DNA of 64,000 nucleotides from Lishizhenia tianjinensis. Lineage in GTDB: Bacteria; Bacteroidota; Bacteroidia; Flavobacteriales_D; Crocinitomicaceae. Below are positions 41,369-51,365 of this stretch, one piece after another. A program made the translations under genes and the position numbers. Where the stretch lies: NCBI GenBank assembly GCA_945902115.1, contig CAMDLY010000003.1, forward strand, positions 14,029 to 78,028, read 5' to 3'. Below the pieces are notes generated by a model. The model was not told where the DNA came from, made no database searches, and saw only the letters and a list, made by a program, of their open reading frames with translations. The stretch's first letter is position 1; each line of letters starts with the position of its first letter.

Positions 41369-42556
41369 CTATTTATTAAACAACTTCATCACATTTTTTC
41401 TAGCTGTGATAGTTCCAAAGCCTATAAAAGTAATAAAACTTACAGGTAAGATTATCACTGCAATAAAACTAAAGTTTTGATCGAGGTATATCCCTCCAAC
41501 TTGAAGAATGTCATTTATCCACCACTTTACGAGAAAGAATAAAGCAAAAGCCGCTAGTAAAGATAAAGCAAAAACAACCGAGAAATACTGTGCAAAAATC
41601 CTTGAAATAAATAAAGGAGAATATCCAATTCTCAGCAAGGTTTTAACCTCGTAGCTATTCTGAGACAACAACAACTGCATATATTGAAGCAGAACAATAC
41701 TGGAACTAATAACGGCAATTATAGAAACTATAAAGACAATAACAATCATTGTAGAAATAATACTTTTTAATCTACCAACTATCAATTGTGCTTTTTTAGG
41801 TTCCAATCCTTTTTTACTCATATAATCCTCTAAACTTCCAAATTGACCTTCTTTTCCTTTGATTATTAGCTGTGTTGTCTTTCCTGCTTGGTTCTCAGCA
41901 TATTTTTTATTCGCATAATCTAAGAATTCCATTGGAACCAATAAAGCAGAAATTTCATTCGTAAAGCCAATTATCCGAGCGTCCAACCATTCTTCCCCTT
42001 TTGGTCCAGAGATTCTAAGTTTGAAAGGGATAGAGGTTGCCACTTCATCAGTAATCTGAGGTATTCCCGCAGAACTCATGAAGGTGTTCAACATTACCAC
42101 AAAATCTCGAGGCATAATGATAGGCAATACTTTAGATTTTTGGTTCCACTCCCACTCCTTAGCGTGCACATCCACGAACTCTTTATTAATTGATTGGATG
42201 AATGCATCAGTTTTAAATGGGGGCACCATGTCGCTATTTGTTTCTAACCAAACCCTAAAATTATTTGACTTTACTGCCTGAACTTTGTCTACAAAAGGTA
42301 AATTAGCAATCTCATCGATTTCCTCCTGTATAAAGTCATTTTTTGAAAGATTAAAACTGCTGGCACTTGTCACCTTCCTTTGAACCACCAGAATATTAGA
42401 CCCCAAGACATCACTTCCTTCACCAAACTCGTTAATCCTGTAGAGAAAATGAGCTGACGTAATTAAAAATGTCATTCCAAGCAAGGCACCTATTGCAGCT
42501 AAAAGCAATTGTTTCCTGTCTTGATTTTTGAATAACAATTTTTTGATCATCATCAA
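41369..42556 (-). CDS. FtsX-like ABC transporter permease
   Basis: 395 aa with an N-terminal transmembrane helix, a large extracytoplasmic loop and a C-terminal helix bundle. Its start overlaps the upstream ABC ATPase gene. Confidence 0.6.
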   Translation of the reverse strand: MMMIKKLLFKNQDRKQLLLAAIGALLGMTFLITSAHFLYRINEFGEGSDVLGSNILVVQRKVTSASSFNLSKNDFIQEEIDEIANLPFVDKVQAVKSNNFRVWLETNSDMVPPFKTDAFIQSINKEFVDVHAKEWEWNQKSKVLPIIMPRDFVVMLNTFMSSAGIPQITDEVATSIPFKLRISGPKGEEWLDARIIGFTNEISALLVPMEFLDYANKKYAENQAGKTTQLIIKGKEGQFGSLEDYMSKKGLEPKKAQLIVGRLKSIISTMIVIVFIVSIIAVISSSIVLLQYMQLLLSQNSYEVKTLLRIGYSPLFISRIFAQYFSVVFALSLLAAFALFFLVKWWINDILQVGGIYLDQNFSFIAVIILPVSFITFIGFGTITARKNVMKLFNK

Positions 42557-43194
42557 AGTTTTATCTCTTTATTAAATGGGATTTTATCTGTAGGATCTAG
42601 AGTTGTGAAAATATAGCCTGCACTAAGTTCAGTGCATCTTTTTTCAATTAACTCAAAAGCTAATTGCGAATTTTTTTCGTCTAAATGAGAAAAAGGTTCA
42701 TCCAAAATAACAAACTCAAATGGTTGAGAAAGAGCCCGTAATATAGCCAATCGCTGTTGCTGTCCCATTGACATTACCCCTACCTTTTCCTTCCATTTTT
42801 TATCAATACCTAAATGAGCTGACCATTCAATCAATTGATCTACAGTAACTCCTCCCTTTAAATTCGTATTCAAAAGAACATTCTCCTCACAAGTTAAAGA
42901 GGGAAGCAATTGTAAATCTTGAAAAACAAATGAGAGTTTCTTTTGCCTAACCGAGAGCCACTCGGGAATAGTAAATTGCGAAATATCAGTTGAGTTGAAT
43001 CTAATTTTACCACTATAATCATGTCTCAAACCGGCAAGAATATGCGTAAAAGTTGTTTTACCTTTTCCGCTTGCTGCATTAACCAAAATATTCTCTCCCT
43101 GTTCAATACTGTGCGTATTGTTCCATAGGCTTTGGGGATGGTGAGAGTAGTCAGCCAAAGGATCAGGTAAAACACAATCAAATGTTATATTCAT
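42553..43194 (-). CDS. ABC transporter ATP-binding protein
   Basis: 213 aa with Walker A ASGKGKTT, signature MSMGQQQR and Walker B FVILDEP. Confidence 0.8.
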   Translation of the reverse strand: MNITFDCVLPDPLADYSHHPQSLWNNTHSIEQGENILVNAASGKGKTTFTHILAGLRHDYSGKIRFNSTDISQFTIPEWLSVRQKKLSFVFQDLQLLPSLTCEENVLLNTNLKGGVTVDQLIEWSAHLGIDKKWKEKVGVMSMGQQQRLAILRALSQPFEFVILDEPFSHLDEKNSQLAFELIEKRCTELSAGYIFTTLDPTDKIPFNKEIKL

Positions 43195-44117
43195 CAGAAG
43201 CCCTTATTTTCAATAATCATTCCATTATTTTGAAGAATTGAAATCATTTGTTCCTTCAAAGAAATATCCAGATATGGATTCAGTCTCTGTAAGTCATCAT
43301 ATTTATTCAACCAGGTTAATTGACGTTTTGCATAGTTTCTCGTGTGCTGCTTTATTTTTTCTATCGCTAGCGTGCGGGAATTTTCAATGGTTGTCCATTC
43401 CTGGTATCCCACCGTTTGCAGCGGTGAAAGATGACTAAAAGATTTTAATGAATTGACTTCTTTTTCTAATCCATTTTCTAACATATCGTCGACGCGTGAA
43501 TTAATACGATCATACAGATCTTCTCTAGACCAATCAATAGAAAATCGTAAAAAAGGAATATTAATAGGTTTTAAATCTCCGGTCTGTTGGGATTTTAAGG
43601 GCAAGCCTGATATCCTCAACACCTCGAGTAAGCGCATTAGTCTTCGAGGATTTTGAATATCAATATTTTTCAAGGCATTTTCATCGAGCGACTGAATCTC
43701 CTTTATTAAGTACTGCGCGCCATGTTGTTCATATGCTTTCAATATTTCTCTCATAACCCTTGTATCTTTGGGTAAATCATCCAAACCAAACAAATAGGCA
43801 TCGATATACATACCAGATCCACCAACCACTATGAGGATGTCTTTATGTTTAAAATAATCTTCTGTGAATTCCCTTGCCTCTTTAGAAAAAGTAGCTGCTG
43901 TAATAGCTTCGTGAATCGAGTGGCTAGCAATGAAGTGATGCCGAACTTGACTTAATTCATTTATATCTGGACGAGCGACACCTATCTCCAACTCTTTATA
44001 AAACTGCCTAGAATCTGCGGATAGTATGTCAGCATTTAACATTTTTGCAATTTCTATCGATAAACTAGTTTTACCAGAAGCCGTTGTGCCTTGTAGAACG
44101 ATGATTATCTTCTTCAA
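43194..44117 (-). CDS. miaA: tRNA dimethylallyltransferase
   Basis: 307 aa with the P-loop GTTASGKTS followed by DSRQFYKELEIG. Confidence 0.9.
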   Translation of the reverse strand: MKKIIIVLQGTTASGKTSLSIEIAKMLNADILSADSRQFYKELEIGVARPDINELSQVRHHFIASHSIHEAITAATFSKEAREFTEDYFKHKDILIVVGGSGMYIDAYLFGLDDLPKDTRVMREILKAYEQHGAQYLIKEIQSLDENALKNIDIQNPRRLMRLLEVLRISGLPLKSQQTGDLKPINIPFLRFSIDWSREDLYDRINSRVDDMLENGLEKEVNSLKSFSHLSPLQTVGYQEWTTIENSRTLAIEKIKQHTRNYAKRQLTWLNKYDDLQRLNPYLDISLKEQMISILQNNGMIIENKGF

Positions 44118-45463
44118 TCCATCAATTTATATCCGTTGTAAATTTCGAAAATTCTTCGCACATAATATACTGCATGGCCACGATATACGCCACATTTTAC
44201 GACAGGAAGCCTGTAGAAATTCACATTACTTAACTTCATTACTGCTTTTTCAACATGCCCATCCCAAATCAGTGGATTCAAATTTAATTTTTTAGCAAGT
44301 TTTTGAGCATCCTCAATATGGCATTTTCCGGCATTATAGGAGGCTAGCGTAAATTTAACCCTTTGAGTCATGTCTGGAATTTTCTTCCAGTCCTCCATTG
44401 ATGCACCCAGTAATTTCATTCCTGCTGACAGCTGTTGGTCAACAGTAGAAGATGGAGTAATCCCGTATTTTCTACCTGTTGCAGGCATGAACTGTATTAT
44501 ACCAAAAGAACCTCCCATTCCAACAGCCTGTGTATTAAAATTTGATTCTTTTTGCGCTATAGCAGCTAATAATTTCCAATCCCAACCGCTTCCAGTGACG
44601 GCTAATTTGAAAGATTTGTCAAATGGAGTTAAGGCCCCTTTCTTCGAAATGAATTGAACAGGAAGTTCAGAAACAGTATAATCAAAATATCGTTTTTTCA
44701 ACAATGCAAATTCTGAAGATTTGATATAATTGATAAGAAATGAATTCAACTTTTTATCCAATGATATACTCGAATTTCTTAAACCAAAAGCTATTTTTTG
44801 AGGAAAGGATATTACAGTTGATACATCGATATTACTGAATAAATCTTTAGAAATTCTTCCTAAATTCTCATGGGCTACGGTGAAATCAATTACCCCTTTG
44901 TCAACCATTTCGATCAAATCCTCTGAGATAGGATCCCCTTGATACACTTTAATATTAATATCAATGCCTACCTCGTCTTCTAAATATTCAAGTCTTTTTT
45001 GAAAACTAGAATTTTTACGAACATAAACTGTCTTTTTGTCGAGTTCCTCAATCGATTTAATTGGTTTTCCTTTGCGCTGAATTAGGACTTGTGGAGAGGT
45101 GTAAAAAGGTGTTGAATACTTTATATCTTGTATGTTAGAAAGGGATATGCAAATATTTGCCGCGACTATATCGCCCTCACCATTTTTTAGGTGCTGATAT
45201 AATTTATCACTTTCACTGATAACTTTAATTTCAAGCGGCAAACCCAGGTATTTTGCGAAAGTATCTAGAATCTCATATTCAAAACCCAACTGCTTATCCC
45301 TGTATTCATAAAAGGATAGCGAACTATTCTCGGTTAATACGATGAGTTTTCCTCGTTTTGTAATTTGCTCTAAATCAATAGTTTTTTCTATATCCTGAGG
45401 ATTATAGGTGCAAGAAAATAGTGTAATAAGAAACCAAAAGGCTATAAACAATCTCAAAATCAA
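44114..45463 (-). CDS. MltF-like lytic transglycosylase (solute-binding domain plus SLT domain)
   Basis: 449 aa. The SLT catalytic region is IAQKESNFNTQAV...SYNAG. Confidence 0.8.
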   Translation of the reverse strand: MILRLFIAFWFLITLFSCTYNPQDIEKTIDLEQITKRGKLIVLTENSSLSFYEYRDKQLGFEYEILDTFAKYLGLPLEIKVISESDKLYQHLKNGEGDIVAANICISLSNIQDIKYSTPFYTSPQVLIQRKGKPIKSIEELDKKTVYVRKNSSFQKRLEYLEDEVGIDINIKVYQGDPISEDLIEMVDKGVIDFTVAHENLGRISKDLFSNIDVSTVISFPQKIAFGLRNSSISLDKKLNSFLINYIKSSEFALLKKRYFDYTVSELPVQFISKKGALTPFDKSFKLAVTGSGWDWKLLAAIAQKESNFNTQAVGMGGSFGIIQFMPATGRKYGITPSSTVDQQLSAGMKLLGASMEDWKKIPDMTQRVKFTLASYNAGKCHIEDAQKLAKKLNLNPLIWDGHVEKAVMKLSNVNFYRLPVVKCGVYRGHAVYYVRRIFEIYNGYKLMD

Positions 45464-45570
45464 TCAATTAATTTATTAATGAAGTACGAGGAAAAAACAT
45501 AAAAGTTTCTTTTATATTTTTTGTGCAAATCAAAAAAAAACATCATATTTGAATTGATAAAGAGGATTAT

Positions 45571-45825
45571 ATGAATAACGACCAAAATGAAATTTATTCA
45601 AAAGTTGTAAGGGCAGGAAAGAGAACTTATTTCTTTGATATTAAATCAACGAAAAATAATGACCTGTATATTACGTTAACTGAAAGTAAAAAAACTTTTG
45701 GTGAAGATGGTGATGGCAACTATCAAAAGCATAAGATATTTCTATACAAAGAAGATTTTGAGAAATTTAGAGAAGGACTAGATGACGTACTCAATAAAAT
45801 TGAGGAAATTAAAAATAATCAATAA
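45571..45825 (+). CDS. DUF3276 / PUR-alpha-like nucleic-acid-binding protein
   Basis: 84 aa with the motif VRAGKRTYFFDIKSTKNNDLYITLTESKK. Confidence 0.6.
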   Translation: MNNDQNEIYSKVVRAGKRTYFFDIKSTKNNDLYITLTESKKTFGEDGDGNYQKHKIFLYKEDFEKFREGLDDVLNKIEEIKNNQ

Positions 45826-45862
45826 CTTTTGTCTCTAATATATCGCATTTAGAATAAATCAC

Positions 45863-45870
45863 TATATTTG
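45863..45870 (+). promoter_or_regulatory. -7 promoter box TATATTTG for tRNA-Val
   Basis: Exact TAnnTTTG match, 16 nt upstream of the tRNA 5' end. Confidence 0.55.
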
Positions 45871-45886
45871 CATTCTCAAAACACAA

Positions 45887-45961
45887 GGGAGTTTAGCTCA
45901 GCTGGTTTAGAGCATCTGCCTTACAAGCAGAGGGTCGGCGGTTCGAACCCGTCAACTCCCA
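45887..45961 (+). tRNA. tRNA-Val (anticodon TAC)
   Basis: 75 nt cloverleaf folded by hand. The acceptor stem is GGGAGTT/AACTCCC, the D arm GCTC...GAGC and the anticodon stem TCTGC/GCAGA with loop CTTACAA. The T arm is GGCGG-TTCGAAC-CCGTC and the discriminator base is A. Confidence 0.93.
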
Positions 45962-45965
45962 CAAG

Positions 45966-45996
45966 AAAAAAGCACCTATATAAAGGTGCTTTTTTT
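45966..45996. terminator. bidirectional intrinsic terminator between tRNA-Val and the convergent GNAT gene
   Basis: The AAAAAAGCACC...GGTGCTTTTTT hairpin is flanked by an A run and a T run, so it is followed by a U tract on either strand. Confidence 0.75.
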
Positions 45997-46027
45997 ATTT
46001 ATATCTCAACATTAAAACGATATATAC

Positions 46028-46474
46028 TTAACGAACATTGTCCTCATTCAAAATCTTAATAAAATGAAAACCCCTGGGCGCAAAACCTTCGTTATAAAAC
46101 ATTTTGTGCGCTTTGTAATTTGTTGTATATGAATCCAATGAGAGCATAGTACAATTTTCTTCGATTGCCTTTTGATTTAAAAAATCAAATAATAACTTAC
46201 CGACCCCCCTGCTTCGATGTTTATTACAAACTACAATATTGTCTAATTCAAGGTATCTACCACACCACAATTTATTTCCTAGCCAAAAACCACTGATACC
46301 GATACACTCCTCGCCATCAAACACCCCTACTTGGCCGTAATTGTGTTTTAACATATCCATCAATTCTGTCTCATATGCAACTGCTGTTAAAGAAGGATAT
46401 AGTTCATTTAATACCGATAAATATTGAAGCATCTCCTCTATCCCATTCATTTCTCTAACTGTAAGTGAATCCAT
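46028..46474 (-). CDS. GNAT-family N-acetyltransferase
   Basis: 148 aa with the acetyl-CoA binding motif HRSRGVGKLL. Confidence 0.75.
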   Translation of the reverse strand: MDSLTVREMNGIEEMLQYLSVLNELYPSLTAVAYETELMDMLKHNYGQVGVFDGEECIGISGFWLGNKLWCGRYLELDNIVVCNKHRSRGVGKLLFDFLNQKAIEENCTMLSLDSYTTNYKAHKMFYNEGFAPRGFHFIKILNEDNVR

Positions 46475-46579
46475 AATTTATTTCTTTGGAAGTAAAATTA
46501 ATACAACTGTCAGGAATAAAGTCCAATCTTGTTCTTATTTCTTACAAGAATTGACATAGAAGCCTTAACTTCGCAGTGT

Positions 46580-47344
46580 ATGAAAATCATCAAACGGTTT
46601 CTATCTAAAATCTTGACAGTTTCATCCTATCTAAAGGTATTGCATAGAGGTTTTTACCTTTTATATACTCTTCGACTTTTAAAAAATGACCAAAAATTCA
46701 AATTCCATTATGCGGTAAAAAAATGGATTTCACCCACGGACATCGTAGTGGATATTGGCGCCAATCTCGGTTATTTTGCAAAGACATTTTCTCGATTAGC
46801 CAGTGAAGGAAAAGTAATTTGTATAGAACCTATTCCAATCTTTTATCAAACCTTATCATATTTTTTAGGGGCTAAATCCAATGTGGAAATTCACAACATT
46901 GCCTTGGGAGATAACGATGGTCATGTAATGATGGCTATGCCTGAAACAGACGGTTTTATTCGTACTGGTTTACCCCACGTCATAGATATCCAGGATAAAT
47001 CAACACATGAAAAAACGCAGGAGGTAAAAATCGTGAGAGCCCACAATTTTTTGATTTCTCTTCCAAAAATAGATTATATCAAATGTGATATTGAGGGATA
47101 TGAGGCTGTAGTGTTTTCTAATCTTAAAGAAGTACTGCAAAAGTTCCGACCCGTTGTACAGCTAGAAATTGCCCAGGAAAATAGAAATAAAATCCTTGAA
47201 TTATTTCAAGAACTTGGTTACAGGCAATTTGGCATAGTAAATTTTGTGTTGGTTGAAGAGCATGGTGAACAACAAGAAGAAGGAGATTTTTTGTTTGTCC
47301 CCTTAGAGAAAAAAGAAGCGTTTATTTCGCGTAACAACTCATGA
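46580..47344 (+). CDS. FkbM-family SAM-dependent methyltransferase
   Basis: SAM-binding motif VVDIGANLGYFA. I moved the start to the internal ATG (MKIIKRFLSK). Confidence 0.72.
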   Translation: MKIIKRFLSKILTVSSYLKVLHRGFYLLYTLRLLKNDQKFKFHYAVKKWISPTDIVVDIGANLGYFAKTFSRLASEGKVICIEPIPIFYQTLSYFLGAKSNVEIHNIALGDNDGHVMMAMPETDGFIRTGLPHVIDIQDKSTHEKTQEVKIVRAHNFLISLPKIDYIKCDIEGYEAVVFSNLKEVLQKFRPVVQLEIAQENRNKILELFQELGYRQFGIVNFVLVEEHGEQQEEGDFLFVPLEKKEAFISRNNS

Positions 47345-48549
47345 AGATTCTACAACTTTGTAATAAAGCCCCCTTTCCACCTAATGACGGAAGCAGCATT
47401 GCTATTTACAATATGACTCTAGGTCTTATATCACAAAATATTGATATTCATTTATTTACACTAAATACAAATAAACATTATAAGTCTGATAGCCAGGTTC
47501 CAGAAGTTTTCAAACATAAAACAGTGTATACCTCTTTTGACTTAAATACGAATCCCACACTTTGGGGTGCTATGCAGCATATTGTAACTAAAAAAAGTTA
47601 TTTTATTTCGCGATTTCACGATTTACGATTTGAAAAAAAAATAGTCAATTTCATAGAAAAGAACCCTGTGGACATCGTTCAAATTGAAGGACTTTTTATG
47701 TGTTCATATATCCCTGCGATAAGAAAAGTATCTGGCGCAAAAATAGTCTTGCGTGCGCATAATTTAGAGCACCTCATATGGGAGAGGCATATTCAACATT
47801 CTTCTTCCTGGTTAAAAAAAATGTACTTGCAAATTGAAAATAAAAAGTTAAAACAATTTGAAATAGAAACATTCTCAACAGTCGATGCTGTGGTGCCTAT
47901 TACACCGAAAGATGCTTTTTTCATCAAAAACCTTAGTAATGTAGCGCTACACACAGCACTTACCGGAACGAATATAGAAGAATACAAAAAAGAAATTTCT
48001 CCAGAATTCAATACGTTATCCGTCTTTCATTTTGGATCGATGGACTGGATCCCCAATCAGGAGGCTGTAGATTGGTTTTTAGAAAATTGCTGGGAGAAAA
48101 TAAAAGCAAAAATTCCACAAGCTCTATTTGTCATTGCGGGAAGAAATATCCCTGATAAATACAAGAATATAAATGATTCTTCGATAAAAATAGAGGAGAA
48201 TGTTCCTACTTCAGCAGAAATCTATAATAAATACAATATTATGGTAGTTCCTGTTCTTTCTGGCAGCGGACTTCGCATTAAGATTGTTGAGGGGCTCTGT
48301 TTCGGTAAAGTCATAGTTTCCACGAGTATTGGCGCAGAAGGAATTGAATGTCAACCGTCAAGAGATATTTTGATACAAGACAGCCCAGAAACGTTTTCAA
48401 AGGCCATAATTGAATTATTAGAAGACCCCGCGAAATGCATTCAAATTGAAGAAAATGCTAGGAAATTCGCAAATGAGCACTTAAATTTCGAGCCAATTGC
48501 TCAGAATTTAGTAGCTTTCTATAAAAAATTAATCCTTGAAAAAGAATGA
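47341..48549 (+). CDS. glycosyltransferase family 4 (GT-B fold)
   Basis: 402 aa with a C-terminal GT1/GT4-type region (VPVLSGSGLRIKIVEGLCFGKVIVSTSIG). Its start overlaps the upstream stop (ATGA). Confidence 0.72.
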   Translation: MKILQLCNKAPFPPNDGSSIAIYNMTLGLISQNIDIHLFTLNTNKHYKSDSQVPEVFKHKTVYTSFDLNTNPTLWGAMQHIVTKKSYFISRFHDLRFEKKIVNFIEKNPVDIVQIEGLFMCSYIPAIRKVSGAKIVLRAHNLEHLIWERHIQHSSSWLKKMYLQIENKKLKQFEIETFSTVDAVVPITPKDAFFIKNLSNVALHTALTGTNIEEYKKEISPEFNTLSVFHFGSMDWIPNQEAVDWFLENCWEKIKAKIPQALFVIAGRNIPDKYKNINDSSIKIEENVPTSAEIYNKYNIMVVPVLSGSGLRIKIVEGLCFGKVIVSTSIGAEGIECQPSRDILIQDSPETFSKAIIELLEDPAKCIQIEENARKFANEHLNFEPIAQNLVAFYKKLILEKE

Positions 48550-49688
48550 TCATCGCCCTGATACTCATTTGTACGTCAATATTGCTAATTTTCCACTCTT
48601 ACCTTTTATACCCCTGGTTTCTTTCCATTTTACCGAAAAAGAGTAATGATTGGAATAATTCGTTGCAAAAGTATTCTGTCGCTGTTATGATTGCTGCTTA
48701 TAACGAGGAATCCGTGATTGAGGAGAAAATAATGAGCGTTCTGAATAACTTACCGAAAGGAGTCGACCTTGATATCTATGTTGGGTCAGATGCTTCAACC
48801 GATAGGACAGGAGAAATCGTTAAACATATTGGTAAAATTCATTCAAATGTTCATCTAGAAACTTTTGCAGGCAGAACTGGTAAAGCAGCAATTATAAATT
48901 CTCTATCAAAAGATAAAAACCACGATATATTTATTTTAACAGATGCAAATGTGCTGTTTACCTCAAATACAATCATTGAATTGCTTAAGCCGTTTCAAGA
49001 ACCAAAAGTAGCTTTAGTTTGCGCTAATATTTTAAAAATCCCCGTTGGTAAGAGTTCTTTCGAGTCCTTGGAGAAATCCTACATAGAAAGAGAAAACAGA
49101 ATCAAACAGATGGAAAGCGACTTATGGAAAATTGTGATAGGTGCTGAAGGTGGTTGCTATGCTATTCGAAGAAATGAGTATGAGGATATTCCTAAAAATT
49201 TCTTCATGGATGATTTTTTTATGACGATGCAGGTAATTGAGAAAAGGAAATATGTGATTTTTCAAAAAAATGCTATCTGTCATGAATATATCCCTAGTCT
49301 AGCTAAGGAAGAATTCAAAAGAAAAACAAGGATATCAATAGGGAATTTTCAAAATTTATATAGGTTTAAAAACTTGTTGTCTCCTTCTCGAGGGGCGGTA
49401 TCATTTGCCTTCATGTCGCATAAAGTTTTACGCTGGCACACCCCGCTATTTCTTCTTGTAATGCTGCTGTCTTCGGGATATCTTTGTTTTTATAGCTTGA
49501 ACCTTTTGCCTTTTTTTATAGTTCAATTTTTACTGCTTTTTAGCCCGCTATTTTCAGTAAGTAAGATTCCAATATTATCTCCCCTAATTCATTTTTACAG
49601 CATGAACATTGCCTTATTTATCGGCTTTATTCTCTATTTAAAAGGGGTGAGATCCAGTATTTGGGAACCAACATCACGAATGAAATAA
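48546..49688 (+). CDS. membrane-anchored glycosyltransferase family 2
   Basis: 380 aa with the motifs VMIAAYNEE, GSDASTDRT and LTDANV, plus C-terminal transmembrane helices. Confidence 0.75.
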   Translation: MIIALILICTSILLIFHSYLLYPWFLSILPKKSNDWNNSLQKYSVAVMIAAYNEESVIEEKIMSVLNNLPKGVDLDIYVGSDASTDRTGEIVKHIGKIHSNVHLETFAGRTGKAAIINSLSKDKNHDIFILTDANVLFTSNTIIELLKPFQEPKVALVCANILKIPVGKSSFESLEKSYIERENRIKQMESDLWKIVIGAEGGCYAIRRNEYEDIPKNFFMDDFFMTMQVIEKRKYVIFQKNAICHEYIPSLAKEEFKRKTRISIGNFQNLYRFKNLLSPSRGAVSFAFMSHKVLRWHTPLFLLVMLLSSGYLCFYSLNLLPFFIVQFLLLFSPLFSVSKIPILSPLIHFYSMNIALFIGFILYLKGVRSSIWEPTSRMK

Positions 49689-49689
49689 T

Positions 49690-50409
49690 TCATTTAATAG
49701 ACTTATATTCCAAAAACTTCTTTTTTACAAATAAGGCTAAATTGTAATCACTAGCGGATTTAAAAAAGTTCAAATCCATATTCAAATACTCAACAAATTC
49801 GTTAAGTTGACTCTCATTTAGATTTATTAGCGAGTAGGCGTTGCAGGTACGAACATATTCTTTAACCAATTCACGCTGTTTATCTTCAAATCTTGCCTCA
49901 GTAACCCAACGCTTATTTCTCTCCTTTTGCGAAAAAGTTTCATAAAGATAAGTAATCGGACTTTTTAGTATTTCTACCCCCGTGACTGTCCTGGTTTTTT
50001 CCATTGCTAACTTTTGGCGTTGCTCCTTAATTTCTAAAGCACTCTTGATAGGCCGCAGGACAACCTCATTCAACTTCTTGGTTTTATACTTCAATATGAT
50101 CAATTTATTCATTCTGCAGGCGGCATCTACATCGGCTTTAACCACAAATAACTCCTTAGGATATTCCTTAACGGAGACCACGATGGTGTCATTTGGTTTG
50201 GCTTGAATTGAAAAGCTGCCATCAGGTTCACCGAATATTGCTGAGCCTTCTGTTTTATTATAAACAACAGTTTGGTAAAACGATTGCGGCCTTAAAGTGT
50301 CTATCACTCTTGCTTTTACGACAATAAATTGACAAGATTTTTGAGCATAATGGTGAGACATTACTATGAGAAACAAGACTAGAGAGCATGTTTTTATCAT
50401 CCTACACAA
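49690..50409 (-). CDS. hypothetical secreted protein, possible carboxypeptidase-regulatory-like N-terminal domain
   Basis: 239 aa with a signal peptide. A beta-rich segment (ARVIDT...GSAIFGEPDGSFSIQAKPNDTIVV) resembles the CarboxypepD_reg fold; the assignment is weak. Confidence 0.4.
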   Translation of the reverse strand: MCRMIKTCSLVLFLIVMSHHYAQKSCQFIVVKARVIDTLRPQSFYQTVVYNKTEGSAIFGEPDGSFSIQAKPNDTIVVSVKEYPKELFVVKADVDAACRMNKLIILKYKTKKLNEVVLRPIKSALEIKEQRQKLAMEKTRTVTGVEILKSPITYLYETFSQKERNKRWVTEARFEDKQRELVKEYVRTCNAYSLINLNESQLNEFVEYLNMDLNFFKSASDYNLALFVKKKFLEYKSIK

Positions 50410-51364
50410 TAGGCGTTTTGAAATACCATTCGATAGAAATCACCTCTTGCGCGAGCAAAACGAGAAGCAATATCGGCAAAATTATCGTGGTTAAAATCCA
50501 AACGAGAAAAACCAATATTTTGGAAAACAATGCCATATCGTAACAAACGGGTGGCACCAATAAGTCTTGCACATGGGACGCTATAACCACCTCATCAATT
50601 TCGTCTGAGTACTTGTGGTATCTATTCAAAAGTTTGTTATTCTCAAGAGCATAACTTCTTAAATCAGCATATTGCTCATTCGTCATTTCTTGGTAAGTAA
50701 GTTCATATGCTATATTTTTCTCGCTAAGTTCTTTGCGTTGTTGCATTTTCGTCTGCAAATTTCTTACCCTTACCCCCATTAAAAACCCAAAAATCATCAA
50801 TACCCATACCTCCATGACAAAACCCGAAATAATCAATAACAGGGAAGATAAAAAGGCGAAAATCAATAGAAACATATCTTTTCTTTTTTTTGCCATTAAT
50901 TTGACGATTTGACCACCATCTAAGGGATCAATCGGTAATAAATTTATGATATTTAAGAATAAAAATAATACCGAAAGATTGAGTAACCAAGGTATCTGCA
51001 TATCATTAGCAATAAAGAAACAAATAGCTCCTAGTAGCACACCGGGAATAGGACCTGACATCACCACTAGCAAACTCTCTCGTTGTGAATATTTATCTTT
51101 GTATCCTTGCACGAAAGCTCCCATTAGAGGAACAAAAAGCATTTTTACATTTTTATATCCAAACCACTTCATGGCAATAAAATGTCCGAATTCATGGATA
51201 ATGAGAACGAGTACGAGGTGTGTAATAAATTCAAATTCGTGATCAAAGAAAAGTAAAAAAACACCGATAAATAAGATTATTGAGAATACCGTTAATCCCC
51301 AATTACTCTTTTCAGCAGGTGCTGCTAGTGTTGGTTTTTCAGGAAAATGGTTTAATTCACTCAT
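50402..51364 (-). CDS. M50 / site-2-protease-like intramembrane metalloprotease
   Basis: HExxH sits within a transmembrane helix (LIIHEFGHFIAM), and the second S2P motif NLLPIDPLDGG is present. I placed the start at the ATG 1 nt after the ffh stop; the ORF track uses a GTG at 51385. Confidence 0.65.
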   Translation of the reverse strand: MSELNHFPEKPTLAAPAEKSNWGLTVFSIILFIGVFLLFFDHEFEFITHLVLVLIIHEFGHFIAMKWFGYKNVKMLFVPLMGAFVQGYKDKYSQRESLLVVMSGPIPGVLLGAICFFIANDMQIPWLLNLSVLFLFLNIINLLPIDPLDGGQIVKLMAKKRKDMFLLIFAFLSSLLLIISGFVMEVWVLMIFGFLMGVRVRNLQTKMQQRKELSEKNIAYELTYQEMTNEQYADLRSYALENNKLLNRYHKYSDEIDEVVIASHVQDLLVPPVCYDMALFSKILVFLVWILTTIILPILLLVLLAQEVISIEWYFKTPIV

Positions 51365-51365
51365 C

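Noticed and set aside
45868-46059. A 63-aa + strand ORF
   Set aside because: It is the translation of tRNA-Val and its terminator, so it is spurious.
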